DNA of 32,000 bases, taken from Wolbachia endosymbiont of Dirofilaria (Dirofilaria) immitis. GTDB taxonomy: Bacteria > Pseudomonadota > Alphaproteobacteria > Rickettsiales > Anaplasmataceae. The translations under genes and the position numbers were made by a program. A model generated the notes under the pieces. The model worked only from the letters and a program-made list of their open reading frames with translations, was not told the DNA's origin and searched no databases. Positions within the stretch are counted from its first letter, which is position 1, and every line of letters starts with the position of its first letter. This document shows, piece after piece, positions 1 to 10,271 of this stretch. The stretch lies in assembly GCF_013365455.1 (NCBI RefSeq), contig NZ_CP046578.1, forward strand, positions 870,001 through 902,000. Direction: 5' to 3'.

Positions 1-927
1 TTCTTCCTATAATTTATAATTTTTACCAATTTTCCAAAAAAGTAAGCACCTATTTATAATTTTAAGAAAAGCAAATAAATTCTTGTAACCCTAAAAGGAC
101 TAACTTCTTAACATAATTGATTTACTAAATTAGCAATATAACTATACGTTATTTTTCCTATGGAATTAATATTTCTTTAGTCATAGTACAGCGAAGATAA
201 TAGTTAAGACAAAAATCATATAATATAAACAGTTACTAGAAATGTAATATATAACAAGTACTAAAATAGAATGTCAAAGCTGAGAAATTAGACAAGAATA
301 GACTTAATATAAATTACAAACTCAATAATCAATTTAGTTACTAAATATATCTGTCAAGGATAAGTTACAAGAATAATAAAGTTTTTAATAAAAAAGGAGC
401 TAATATTAACGATTAAAGAAAGTGATTACTTAGAAACTTTGCTGTAGCTCCCCCATATACTAATCACCAATATCTCCATCAACCTTAGCTCTCGAAGTTA
501 ACTGCACTAGAACACATCAAATACTTAACAATATGCAAAGCTTGTTCACTAATATCTGGCTTGAAACCACTAAACCATCAGTGTTCACCTCAAGCTTACA
601 AGTATACATGATATCCAACGCATGCTCTGCATCAATAACAATAAACGCACATAATTCTCCCTTTCTTCTGCAATCACATGCAAAGCAAGAATAGTTTTAC
701 AGAACTCTCAGAACTGAATACCTCAATTATCATCCCTTTAGCAACCCTTCAATGCTAAGAGCTAAATTAACGCAATCGACCTTGTGAACATCGTGTCTAT
801 TCCTCTACAAGATTTTGCCTAAATTTCATTATTGAATCACTACCAAACGCTTTTTCAATTTAACTTATTACACATTGTCTAATGCTCTTCGTTTATTATT
901 ATCTCTTTCCTCTGAGCTGCTTGCCAT
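1..927 (-). pseudogene. recA: recA pseudogene (recombinase A), multiply disrupted; the 3' end probably runs off the window start
   Basis: Minus-strand translation from the ATG at 927 is colinear with RecA but broken by many stops and frameshifts. Fragments: KRRALDNV**VKLKKRL (N-terminus); [53 protein letters not shown] (cf. RecA ..[20 protein letters not shown].SQP); SRAKVDGDIGD*YMGELQ (cf. PKAEIEGEMGDSHMGLQ); FDILF (cf. FDIMYG); IGKITYSYIANLVNQLC*EVSPF (cf. ISKEGE.IDLGVK...EKSGSWF). The ORF track has no ORF of 60 aa or more here. Confidence 0.8.
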
Positions 928-1067
928 GAATCATTTATTAATTATATAACCTTCATATTAATCGAATATTAATAACTTGCCAAGGGTTTTCTAACAACAA
1001 GAAACATTATCATAAAAAATTAGCTACCAAAAATTACATTAAAATAGAAATCAAACAGGCATTTATA

Positions 1068-1805
1068 ATGCGATATAAAATAATAACAGAATACAATGGC
1101 AGTAGCTTCTCTGGTTGGCAGAAACAGCAGCACTCTGCTAACTCAATCCAGGAAACTATAGAAAACGCAATATTTAACTTCAGTGGCGAGAAAACTACTT
1201 TATACTGCGGCGGAAGAACTGATGCAGGAGTTCATGCTTTAGGGCAAGTTGCTCATTTTGATATGGAAAGAGAATTTGAATCCCATAAAATAAGGAATGC
1301 AATAAATTATTACCTAAAATCGATTCCTGTAGTTATCCTTGATGTAGAAATTGTAGATAATGCATTTCACTCGCGATTTTCAGCAAAAAAAAGACATTAT
1401 GAGTACAGAATAATTAATCGCTATGCCCCTACAGCTTTAGAAGCTGGTTATGTGTGGCAAGTGTTTAACCCACTCGATGTAGATATCATGCGTAAGGCCG
1501 CCAAACACTTACTCGGAAAGCATAATCTTTCAAGCTTCCGTTCAAAAAACTGTCAAGCTAAAAACCCGATAAGAACAATCGATGATATTGAGATAACCCA
1601 AAATGGAAACCATATATACATTAAAATATCCGCTATTTCTTTCTTACATAATCAAGTGAGGATTATTGTCGGTACTTTAGTTAAATTCGGGAAAAATAGA
1701 ACTAATCCACAAGAAATGTTAAATATATTAAATCAACATAAAAGAAAGGCTGCTGGAGTTACTGCACCGCCTTGTGGTTTATACTTGGTAAAAATAGATT
1801 ACTAG
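1068..1805 (+). CDS. truA: tRNA pseudouridine(38-40) synthase TruA
   Basis: Full-length 245 aa ORF with the TruA catalytic motif GGRTDAGVHALGQV and a family-typical N-terminus (MRYKI..EYNGS.FSGWQKQ). Confidence 0.95.
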   Translation: MRYKIITEYNGSSFSGWQKQQHSANSIQETIENAIFNFSGEKTTLYCGGRTDAGVHALGQVAHFDMEREFESHKIRNAINYYLKSIPVVILDVEIVDNAFHSRFSAKKRHYEYRIINRYAPTALEAGYVWQVFNPLDVDIMRKAAKHLLGKHNLSSFRSKNCQAKNPIRTIDDIEITQNGNHIYIKISAISFLHNQVRIIVGTLVKFGKNRTNPQEMLNILNQHKRKAAGVTAPPCGLYLVKIDY

Positions 1806-1809
1806 CAGC

Positions 1810-2919
1810 TTAAATTCTTATTGGCATTACTACATATAATGCATTTGGATCATTTTCATCAGTGATAATTGCAGCACTGTTACTATCAACCAAGGTAAAT
1901 TTACATTTATCTTTTATACAAGATAAAGCATCAAGCAAATACCGCGAATTAAATCCTATTTCTATAGGGGCTCCATTATAATTTACCTCTATAGATTCAG
2001 TTGCATCACTACATTCTTGAGAGTTTGAGTGTAGAGTTAATAGTTTTTTTTTTAATAAGAATCTAATAAATTTTATTTTATCAGACACGACAACGGAAAC
2101 TCGATCTATGACACTAGCCAATTTACTACTTTCAACAATCATTTGTTTATCTTGAGATATTGGGATAACAGCTTTATAATCTGGAAAAGTTCCATCTATC
2201 AATTTCGATATTAGAATATAACTACCACACGTGAATTTGATTTTTCTGTCTGAAAGCTTTATGTTAACTTCAATATAATCATCTAATATTTTTAGCAGCT
2301 CCACAACAGTCTTACGTGGAATGATTACACTAAACTCACTACTAACGTTTTCAGGCCTTGGTTTTCTTATACACGATAATCGATGGCCATCAGTTGCAAC
2401 ACAGGACAGAAATTGCTTATCTGTATGCAGATATATTCCATTCAAATTATATCTTGTATCATCTAATGACACTGCAAACTTTGTTTTAGTTAATAGATTT
2501 ACCAAATCCTCACTTAGTAGAGTAAAATCATGCTCATAATTGCCTTCTTCAAGAATAGGAAAATTATTTGAAATTATATTCGGTAAAAAAAAATTCGCAT
2601 TTCCACAAGATATTAATAACTTCCCCTGACTATTCATTTCAAAATGAACATCTAAATCAGATGGTAGCTTTTTTACTATACTGTGTAAAGTATGTGCTGA
2701 AATTTTTACTTCCCCTTTCACTAACACATCCGCAGCAAGTGAGGCAAATATTGAAATATCAAGATCAGTGGCCTTCAACTTTATGCTGCTATGTTGTGCT
2801 TCGATATTTACACATGCTAAAACATCTATCGTATTGCGTCTTTCAACCACTCCACTTATTCTAGATAGCGTATTCAGAAGGTTTGCGCGGCCTACGCTAA
2901 AACAGATTTGCCCACACAT
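1810..2919 (-). CDS. dnaN: DNA polymerase III beta sliding clamp
   Basis: 369 aa, the typical three-domain clamp length. N-terminal ..LLNTLSRISGVVERRNTIDVL.. and C-terminal ..ALYVVMPIRI match the DnaN pattern. Confidence 0.92.
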   Translation of the reverse strand: MCGQICFSVGRANLLNTLSRISGVVERRNTIDVLACVNIEAQHSSIKLKATDLDISIFASLAADVLVKGEVKISAHTLHSIVKKLPSDLDVHFEMNSQGKLLISCGNANFFLPNIISNNFPILEEGNYEHDFTLLSEDLVNLLTKTKFAVSLDDTRYNLNGIYLHTDKQFLSCVATDGHRLSCIRKPRPENVSSEFSVIIPRKTVVELLKILDDYIEVNIKLSDRKIKFTCGSYILISKLIDGTFPDYKAVIPISQDKQMIVESSKLASVIDRVSVVVSDKIKFIRFLLKKKLLTLHSNSQECSDATESIEVNYNGAPIEIGFNSRYLLDALSCIKDKCKFTLVDSNSAAIITDENDPNALYVVMPIRI

Positions 2920-3186
2920 AGAATTTTGTTCTTTGATTTTTATATATACCTATAATCTCTGCCATATTAGCACTTTAAAATATATTCTAAATGATATTCA
3001 CATTCCACTTAAAGTAAAGTACTATCTGTCAAGGCTTACGGTAAGCTAGTAAACAAGAATTCTGTTGCCTACTAGTAAAACTCAAAGATGAAAGCAACTA
3101 AAACAAAATCTTGAATTTAGAAAGGGGATTGATTTAAAATCCATAAATATCTATCCTTATATGTAATTTCCATGTAATAGACGTGT

Positions 3187-3462
3187 ATGCACCCAATTAT
3201 ATACTTACTTAATTTGCTACTCGATCTTTACAGCGTCACTCTAATATGTTGGGTCATCCTGGACTGGTTGATTAAGCTTAATGTAGTCAACATGTACAAT
3301 GAAACCATAAGCAGTACAATGCAAACTCTAAGCCAACTCATTCACCCACCACTAAAGGTCATTAGAAGATACATACGGCCGTTCAATGGATTAGATTTAT
3401 CTATAATGATATTGCTAATAACAATTCACTTTGTAAAATACACAATGAATTACTACTTTTAA
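3187..3462 (+). CDS. YggT-family small membrane protein
   Basis: 91 aa with two hydrophobic segments and a central ..HPPLKVIRRYIRPFNGLDLS.. resembling the YggT (P.L.P.R..IP..GG.D.S) motif. It ends 4 nt before ftsK. Confidence 0.7.
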   Translation: MHPIIYLLNLLLDLYSVTLICWVILDWLIKLNVVNMYNETISSTMQTLSQLIHPPLKVIRRYIRPFNGLDLSIMILLITIHFVKYTMNYYF

Positions 3463-3466
3463 GTAG

Positions 3467-5587
3467 ATGATAAAAAAATGCCTGAAGTCAGTAGTATACC
3501 TATTGCTCCTAATGTACACATATATATCAGTTCTCAGCTACAACTATAAAGATTCATCCTTAAACACAGTTACAGATGAAAAAGTTACAAACTTAGGTGG
3601 AGTAGTGGGCTCATATTCAGCTGATATATTAGTTCAATTACTTGGATTAGCTAGTATTACAGTAATTACAACTGTAGTTTACTTTTTAACCTTCAAACCA
3701 TCAAAAAGGCTACTAAAAATTCTTTACTTAACATTAATCAACCTAGGAATATGTGCTACATTAGCGCGACTCTCACTTAGTATCACTGCAAAATACATGC
3801 ACAGTGGAATAGTGGGAAACGCTCTAATTAGCCATTGCCCATTTTACATATTTACAGTAGCAACGTCAATAGGCTTAATAGGATTAATTGGCTGGAAAAG
3901 AATGATTTACTTCCTGTTCTTCTTATATAAAAAAGTAGCCTATCCCCCTGCAAAGGTTTTATTTTTAAAGTTATATAAAATTACTAAATACTTAATTACA
4001 CTATTAATAATAGAAGAAAAATACAGAACTCAAATTATCACTAAACAACAGCTAAAAAGAAGACAGAAAAAAGCCACCAAAAAGACCTTTATACCTTTCA
4101 GTGAATTTAAATTTCCAAGTATTCATTTACTTTCTAAAGCAGAGAAATCTTTACAGAGAAATCAGCTGAATAAAATAGAAAGTAACAAGAATTTATCTCT
4201 ATTGAAACAGGTCCTTAATGACTTTGGCGTGCAAGGAAAAATTATCAACGTATGTTATGGACCAGTTATAACTTTATACAAACTTGAACCACAAGCTGGT
4301 ACAAAATCTGCAAGAGTGGTTGGTCTTGCAGATGATATTGCACGTTCAATGAGTGCACTCTCTGCACGAATTTCAATAGTTCGTGGGCAAAATGCTATAG
4401 GAATAGAATTACCAAATAAGGAGCGAGAAATTGTGGTGCTACGTGACCTACTCGAATCGCCAGAGTACCAAAATGCAAACTTAAACCTTCCAATTGCACT
4501 CGGCAAAGAGATAAGCGGAAAACCAATTATTGTCGATTTAGCTAAAATGCCACACTTACTTGTTGCTGGAACCACAGGGTCAGGCAAATCAGTTACAATT
4601 AATACTATGATCCTTTCACTCATTTATCGATTAAGTCCTAATAAATGTAAGATGATAATGATTGATCCCAAAATGCTTGAACTTTCAATATATGATAAAA
4701 TACCGCATCTAATAACACCAGTAGTAACAGAGCCAAAAAAAGCTGTGATTGCCCTTAAGTGGATAATAAAAGAAATGGAAAATCGCTATCGCATGATGTC
4801 ATATCTAAGCGTACGTAATATAATAAACTATAACCAAAAAATTACAGAAGCGATAAATAGTGGAACAGAATTAGAGCATGTGGTGCAAATTGGCTTCAAC
4901 TCAACGACAGGTAAGCCTCTGTTTGAAAAAATACCGATTAAAATGGAAACATTTCCGTACATTATAGTAATTGTAGATGAAATGGCAGACTTGATGCTTG
5001 TTGCTGGCAAGGATATAGAACACTCTATTCAACGTTTAGCTCAGATGGCTCGTGCTTCAGGAATACATATCATAATGGCAACACAACGTCCATCTGTAGA
5101 TGTAATAACAGGTGTGATAAAAGCAAACTTTCCAACGAGAATCAGTTTCGCTGTCACTTCTAAAATAGATAGCCGTACAATACTTGGTGAACAAGGGGCT
5201 GAACAACTCCTCGGCATGGGCGATATGCTCTACATGGCCTCTGGTGGTAAGGTTATTCGAGTTCACGGCCCATTTGTAAGCGATGGTGAAGTACAAAACA
5301 TAGTAAATCATCTAAAAGCACAAGGCGAGCCAAACTACATAAAGGAAATCATAAAAGATAAAAATTCTTCCACAGAATTGGATTATGACATAGACAATAA
5401 AGAGAATAATCTATACAAGCAAGCAGTGGAGATTATTCAGAAAGATCGAAAAGTCTCAACCAGTTACATTCAGAGACAGCTTAGAATAGGCTATAACAGA
5501 GCTGCCAATATTATTGAAAGAATGGAAAAAGAAGGTGTTGTTAGTGCTCCGAATTACTCAGGAAAAAGAGAAATATTAGTAGAATGA
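3467..5587 (+). CDS. ftsK: DNA translocase FtsK
   Basis: 706 aa. N-terminal TM segments, Walker A GTTGSGKS, Walker B IIVIVDEMADLM, and a C-terminal gamma winged-helix domain (..KVSTSYIQRQLRIGYNRAANIIERMEKEGVVS..). Confidence 0.95.
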   Translation: MIKKCLKSVVYLLLLMYTYISVLSYNYKDSSLNTVTDEKVTNLGGVVGSYSADILVQLLGLASITVITTVVYFLTFKPSKRLLKILYLTLINLGICATLARLSLSITAKYMHSGIVGNALISHCPFYIFTVATSIGLIGLIGWKRMIYFLFFLYKKVAYPPAKVLFLKLYKITKYLITLLIIEEKYRTQIITKQQLKRRQKKATKKTFIPFSEFKFPSIHLLSKAEKSLQRNQLNKIESNKNLSLLKQVLNDFGVQGKIINVCYGPVITLYKLEPQAGTKSARVVGLADDIARSMSALSARISIVRGQNAIGIELPNKEREIVVLRDLLESPEYQNANLNLPIALGKEISGKPIIVDLAKMPHLLVAGTTGSGKSVTINTMILSLIYRLSPNKCKMIMIDPKMLELSIYDKIPHLITPVVTEPKKAVIALKWIIKEMENRYRMMSYLSVRNIINYNQKITEAINSGTELEHVVQIGFNSTTGKPLFEKIPIKMETFPYIIVIVDEMADLMLVAGKDIEHSIQRLAQMARASGIHIIMATQRPSVDVITGVIKANFPTRISFAVTSKIDSRTILGEQGAEQLLGMGDMLYMASGGKVIRVHGPFVSDGEVQNIVNHLKAQGEPNYIKEIIKDKNSSTELDYDIDNKENNLYKQAVEIIQKDRKVSTSYIQRQLRIGYNRAANIIERMEKEGVVSAPNYSGKREILVE

Positions 5588-5656
5588 TTTTAAAACCATC
5601 TACACCATAATACCTACAAGCAGGTAACACAATAATACCAAATTTAAATAAGATAA

Positions 5657-6637
5657 ATGGGTTTACCTACAAAAATATTTTTCAGTTCGTTCATTTTCGG
5701 ACTTATTCTTTACCCTTACTTTATAAAATTTCTAAAGAAAATCAACAAAGGTGGACAACCTATTAGGTTATGCGGTCCAGAAAGTCATTTAATCACAAAG
5801 AGAAACACTCCTACTATAGGTGGAACAATAATATTGATTTCTGCTTCATTACCAGTTCTACTCTGGACTCAGCTAACGCCAGAGACCCTATTGCTGGTAT
5901 TTATAATTCTATTTTTTGCTCTGATTGGATTTATTGACGATTATTTAAAACTAAAAACACACGCCTATCAAGGTTTAAGAGCGAAAACTAGAATATTCAT
6001 CCAACTTATAGTCGTCCTTGTTGTTCTATTTATATTTAGGCTACATTTTACTGAAGGTTCTACAAAAACGTTTTTATTTAGGGAAATAACAATCGATCTC
6101 GGCTATCTATATGTCCCATTCGCTGCATTTGTAATCGTTGGCTCTGCTAACGCTGTAAATCTCACAGACGGTCTTGATGGACTTGCTGCAACTCAATCTA
6201 TCACTTCTTTTGTTTCTCTAGGATTAATTGCATACTTGACTCAAGCAGGAGTGAGCATTATTTTATTCTGTATTGCATTTATAGGAGCAATTTTAAGTTT
6301 CCTATGGTTCAATACCCATCCAGCAAAAATATTCATGGGTGACATCGGTAGCTTATCAACCGGTGCAGCTTTAGGATTAATTAGTGTTTTAGTCAAAAGA
6401 GAAATACTTTTCGCTGTTATCGGAGTAATCTTTATCATTGAAACTTTGTCTGTTATAATCCAGACATCATATTTTAAGTATACAAAGTCTAAGTATGGAA
6501 AGGGAAAAAAGATTTTTCTTATGGCACCAATACATCACCATTTCGAAATGAAGGGGTGGTTAGAAAATGAAATAGTTGTGAAATTTTGGATAATCGCTAT
6601 TATTTGTTCAACCTTTACTATAGCTTTCTTGTTATAG
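5657..6637 (+). CDS. mraY: phospho-N-acetylmuramoyl-pentapeptide transferase MraY
   Basis: Polytopic 326 aa protein with MraY motifs NAVNLTDGLDGLA, FMGDIGSL and APIHHHFE. Confidence 0.95.
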   Translation: MGLPTKIFFSSFIFGLILYPYFIKFLKKINKGGQPIRLCGPESHLITKRNTPTIGGTIILISASLPVLLWTQLTPETLLLVFIILFFALIGFIDDYLKLKTHAYQGLRAKTRIFIQLIVVLVVLFIFRLHFTEGSTKTFLFREITIDLGYLYVPFAAFVIVGSANAVNLTDGLDGLAATQSITSFVSLGLIAYLTQAGVSIILFCIAFIGAILSFLWFNTHPAKIFMGDIGSLSTGAALGLISVLVKREILFAVIGVIFIIETLSVIIQTSYFKYTKSKYGKGKKIFLMAPIHHHFEMKGWLENEIVVKFWIIAIICSTFTIAFLL

Positions 6638-6643
6638 AAACTT

Positions 6644-7240
6644 ATGACATACCCGGACTTTACATTAGAAAATGAGTTACCAGGAGTAGTAGCAGGAGTG
6701 GACGAAGTTGGGAGAGGGCCGTTAGCTGGTCCAGTAATATCTGCAGCAGTAGTATTTACTGGGAAAAATACAATCATTAAAGGAATCAACGACTCAAAAA
6801 AATTGACTGCTAAAAGTAGGCAAGTTTTATATGAAAAAATAATATCTGTTGCAAAATTTGGCATAGGAATAGCAAGTGTAAAGGAAATAAATTCATACAA
6901 TATTTTGCAAGCAACAAAACTTTCAATGCAGCGTGCGTTGATAGACTTAGGGTTAGAATTAGATTATGTGCTAGTTGACGGTAATCAAGCACCTAAAATA
7001 AAATGGCAAGTAAGGTCCATAGTACATGGTGATAGTTTGAGTATATCGATTGCAGCAGCCTCGATCATTGCAAAAGTTACAAGAGATCAGCTGATGCAAA
7101 AATTGCATAATCAACATCCAAAATACAATTGGTACAAAAATAAAGGATATGGAACAAAAGAGCACATAGAAGCCATAGATCTCTACGGTATTACAAAACA
7201 TCATAGAAAAAGCTTTACGCACATTCTAAAACCACGATAA
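6644..7240 (+). CDS. rnhB: ribonuclease HII
   Basis: 198 aa with the DEVGRGPLAGPV active-site motif and the downstream DSKKL and VDG motifs typical of RNase HII. Confidence 0.93.
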   Translation: MTYPDFTLENELPGVVAGVDEVGRGPLAGPVISAAVVFTGKNTIIKGINDSKKLTAKSRQVLYEKIISVAKFGIGIASVKEINSYNILQATKLSMQRALIDLGLELDYVLVDGNQAPKIKWQVRSIVHGDSLSISIAAASIIAKVTRDQLMQKLHNQHPKYNWYKNKGYGTKEHIEAIDLYGITKHHRKSFTHILKPR

Positions 7241-7252
7241 ACTAACATGTAT

Positions 7253-7924
7253 TCACCTGTATTTATAACCATCAACAATAAATTTAAACGGCATCATACC
7301 ATCTAAAGCTGCTTTTATATTAGATAAAGTAAAGCTGATGTCAACAGTCTGTTTTTTCACTTTTTTATTTTGCTCAATTATAAAAAACACAGTAGCGTTT
7401 CCTGGAAAGGCTACTAAATCCTCAACTGATCGGTCAATAAATAATTTTGTCACATTTATATTAGTAATTTTTCTTTTAACAAAAGGTAAATCTCCAGCTT
7501 CATTATTCACTTTTTCTTGAAAACTTTGATAGATTCTATGTGTGGAATTGTTTTTCACAAAAATTTTTTGGCACTCTGACTCAACAATTTTATTCGATTC
7601 ATATACCTTAATATACTTATTTATTAAGTATCTAGCTGTGGAAATGTATTCATCTTTTTTTTCATTTGAATTGAGCTTACGCATTACAGAAAACTCATCT
7701 TCTGTATGATTCGCATATCTAATAAAGTTTAAGTCTTTTTTAACAGGAAACAAAAGATATATATTCAGTAGTAATAGACATAAGCATACCAGAAGAAATG
7801 ATACTATAACTACCATCCAAGATCTTTCTACTACACAAAACAGATATCTATGACAATACCATTCGACTGCTTTATTAAAATAACTCTTATTTTTTACTGA
7901 CTCAAATAGTCTATTCTCCATCAC
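7253..7924 (-). CDS. virB8: VirB8-family type IV secretion component paralog (stand-alone copy)
   Basis: 223 aa. Short cytoplasmic N-terminus (..YFNKAVEWY..), one TM helix (WMVVIVSFLLVCLCLLLLNIYLL) and a periplasmic domain ending ..MPFKFIVDGYKYR, which resembles the VirB8 NP.GF.V..Y C-terminal motif. No other virB/virD genes are in the window. Confidence 0.55.
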   Translation of the reverse strand: MMENRLFESVKNKSYFNKAVEWYCHRYLFCVVERSWMVVIVSFLLVCLCLLLLNIYLLFPVKKDLNFIRYANHTEDEFSVMRKLNSNEKKDEYISTARYLINKYIKVYESNKIVESECQKIFVKNNSTHRIYQSFQEKVNNEAGDLPFVKRKITNINVTKLFIDRSVEDLVAFPGNATVFFIIEQNKKVKKQTVDISFTLSNIKAALDGMMPFKFIVDGYKYR

Positions 7925-7974
7925 AGAAGACCAAGTATAACTACTATAATAATAAATTTAAAAAAAACTGAAAT

Positions 7975-8555
7975 CATGTCTAAACTTTTCAAAGTAGGAT
8001 GAATAATTATATTATCTTATTCCAGCAACAAGGTAAAATTTATCGATTCTATAATATCTACCATTTTTGCATCAAAATTTTCAAAGACCACAGGCATTAT
8101 CAACCTGTACTTTTTATACTAATTACAGTAACATAACTTATCTTAATAATCAAAATAACCAAATCCATCAGCAAGGATCATGCTTTTCTAACTAACCTAT
8201 CTTCAGTTAATCAAAATAAATTAATCACACAATTTTGTAATCTAGGTTCAATAAGCTCTTCCATAGCAAAAACTTAGATGCATAATTAAGACATTCCTTT
8301 TAAGCTAACAATCTTGAGATAATGAAAACTTCAGGGGAGGAGGTCATCATTTTTTACAATATAGTCACATATAACGAACCACCACTGAGCACATAAGATA
8401 ACGAACTTTCGAAAGATGGGTACAATGATTGCTTTATTAGGCTAAAACCAACCTTACAGATGCTACTTAACAACCATTTTTTCTTTTCTAAAGTTACTCC
8501 TTGATCCGTACCTATATTTTCAACTAAGTTCAATCCTTTCTACATATATCGACAT
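7975..8555 (-). pseudogene. tmk: probable thymidylate kinase (tmk) pseudogene
   Basis: Minus-strand translation from the ATG at 8555 gives MSIYVERIELS*KYRYGS (degenerate Tmk P-loop FI.FEGIDGSGK[TS]T). Further on come ..WWFVICDYIV.. (cf. V[IV]CDR[FY]) and ..PEVFIISRL.. (cf. PD.TF.LDI). Numerous stops and frameshifts; about 40 codons appear deleted between the P-loop and the DR motif. The ORF track has no ORF here. Confidence 0.5.
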
Positions 8556-8673
8556 AATTTTTTATTAAAACTTTATTAAGTGCTATATAAAAATTCATCT
8601 TCAGTCAAGCTATGGATTTCAAACACTAAATTAACAGAACTTTATCATAAGTTTAAGTTGAAAATACTACATT

Positions 8674-9504
8674 TTATAAAACTGGTATTATGATATTAAC
8701 TGCATTAGCTAAAACATGCTTTCTATCTAAGTGTAGCTGCCTAGCAGCAATAAAAAGTTCATCCACTTTTTTCCACTGACTTAGCAGAACCTCAACATTA
8801 CTTATTCCTCTTTTTATGCTTTCTAAAATGAAAGTTTGAATCATATATGACGCTAATTCTAGCTCAATTTTGCTATTAATCACTTTATGAATCACTTCAG
8901 GATTATCTAAATCATAAAGGAATTTATAAAAGCATCTATATATTTTATAAGTATCACTACTTATTATACTTATAATTATCCCCGGCGCCCCAGGAAATAA
9001 AGTAATAACTTCATTAAATGTTTGATCATCAAATTTACACTGAGATGAAACAATTTCCCTTGTTTCATTGTAGGTCAATGGCAGTAAATTTAGCTGAAGA
9101 CATCTACACTTAATAGTAGTCTGTATATTGTATGGCTTATGACTAATTATAAATATTTTAGAATTTTTTGGCGGCTCCTCTAGTATTTTTAATATTGCGT
9201 TTCTAGCACTACTTGTCATTGCTTCTAAACTATCTATTATAGCAACTTTATATTCCGATTGAATAGGGCTTAAGTGCAGAAAATCTTTCATCTCTCTCAC
9301 TCCTTCTACTCCTATTGTATCACCCTCAACAATGTACAAATCCAACGCTACTTCACTACAGTTTCTCACAAGAAACCAGTTAGAAAAAGACTTTGCAAGT
9401 GTTGCTTTTCCTATGCCTTTCTTACCACAGATTAGCCAAGATTGAATAGACAAGTTATTCATTAATTTCTTCTTAGCTTGATCATGCCCTATTACCTTTT
9501 TCAT
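8674..9504 (-). CDS. holB: DNA polymerase III delta-prime subunit
   Basis: 276 aa. N-terminal GHDQAK...LICGKKGIGKATLA (AAA+ P-loop-like) and the KILEEPPKNSKIFIIS clamp-loader motif. Strong SD (GGGAGGGGA) directly upstream of the ATG. Confidence 0.85.
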   Translation of the reverse strand: MKKVIGHDQAKKKLMNNLSIQSWLICGKKGIGKATLAKSFSNWFLVRNCSEVALDLYIVEGDTIGVEGVREMKDFLHLSPIQSEYKVAIIDSLEAMTSSARNAILKILEEPPKNSKIFIISHKPYNIQTTIKCRCLQLNLLPLTYNETREIVSSQCKFDDQTFNEVITLFPGAPGIIISIISSDTYKIYRCFYKFLYDLDNPEVIHKVINSKIELELASYMIQTFILESIKRGISNVEVLLSQWKKVDELFIAARQLHLDRKHVLANAVNIIIPVL

Positions 9505-9525
9505 TCCCCTCCCATAAATTTCTGT

Positions 9526-10131
9526 TCAAAAGCATATCTTATTCACCATTTGAAGTGAAACTACACCCTCCCTTATAACCTTAATCTTATCCTGAGTTAA
9601 GTCTACAATAGTAGACTCCACACCGGAAACTAATTTATCATCTTCAGCTACTACTGATAAATGTTGTTTGATAGGTTTAGGTATATCGCTAGCTCTACAC
9701 ACACCTCGTTCCCCTGAAATATTTACACTAGTCGCAATTATTGGGGACTTCAGTTCATTTAATATTGAAATTGCAATAGGATGATCAGGAATTCTTATGC
9801 CTACAGTACCTCTAAAGAATTCATTTGGCAATATATTATTACTGTTGAGCTGTAAAATATAGGTAACTGGCCCAGGAGAAAAGTAATTTATTAAACTAAT
9901 ATACTTTTCCTCTAGCTTTGCTATTTTTGCCAAGCTATAAATATCATTAACAAATATAGATAGTGGTTTATTTCGAGAACGCTTCTTTACTTGGTATATT
10001 CTCTCTATAGCTCTGCCATCTAGTGCACTACAAGCAAGAGCATAAATCGTTTCTGTTGGAAAACAGACCAATAAGTTATCACGTATGGCACTTATTATTC
10101 TAGGTATCATATAGTTAAAACTTATATTCAC
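9526..10131 (-). CDS. tsaC: L-threonylcarbamoyladenylate synthase (YrdC/Sua5 domain, t6A pathway)
   Basis: 201 aa with YrdC-domain motifs FPTETIYALAC, KKRSRNKPLSIFV and GIRIPDHPIA. Confidence 0.85.
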   Translation of the reverse strand: MNISFNYMIPRIISAIRDNLLVCFPTETIYALACSALDGRAIERIYQVKKRSRNKPLSIFVNDIYSLAKIAKLEEKYISLINYFSPGPVTYILQLNSNNILPNEFFRGTVGIRIPDHPIAISILNELKSPIIATSVNISGERGVCRASDIPKPIKQHLSVVAEDDKLVSGVESTIVDLTQDKIKVIREGVVSLQMVNKICF

Positions 10132-10271
10132 AATAATTATTTTACATGAAGCGAATAATTCTACATAACCTTTACAATATCACTTTTCTCTACTAAACTT
10201 GACATGAAATAGTATATAGTTAATACTTAAGTAAGTTTGCTTAAATTTATCGTTAACAACTAAGGTTAAAT

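Noticed and set aside
4255-4623. 122-aa minus-strand ORF inside ftsK, and similar antisense ORFs (2321-3049 in dnaN, 4828-5311 in ftsK, 19632-19976 in czcD, 28485-28817 in fabD, 30044-30292 in gpmI)
   Set aside because: All are antisense shadows of strongly supported genes. Their composition is driven by the sense-strand codons, and none has a family signature.
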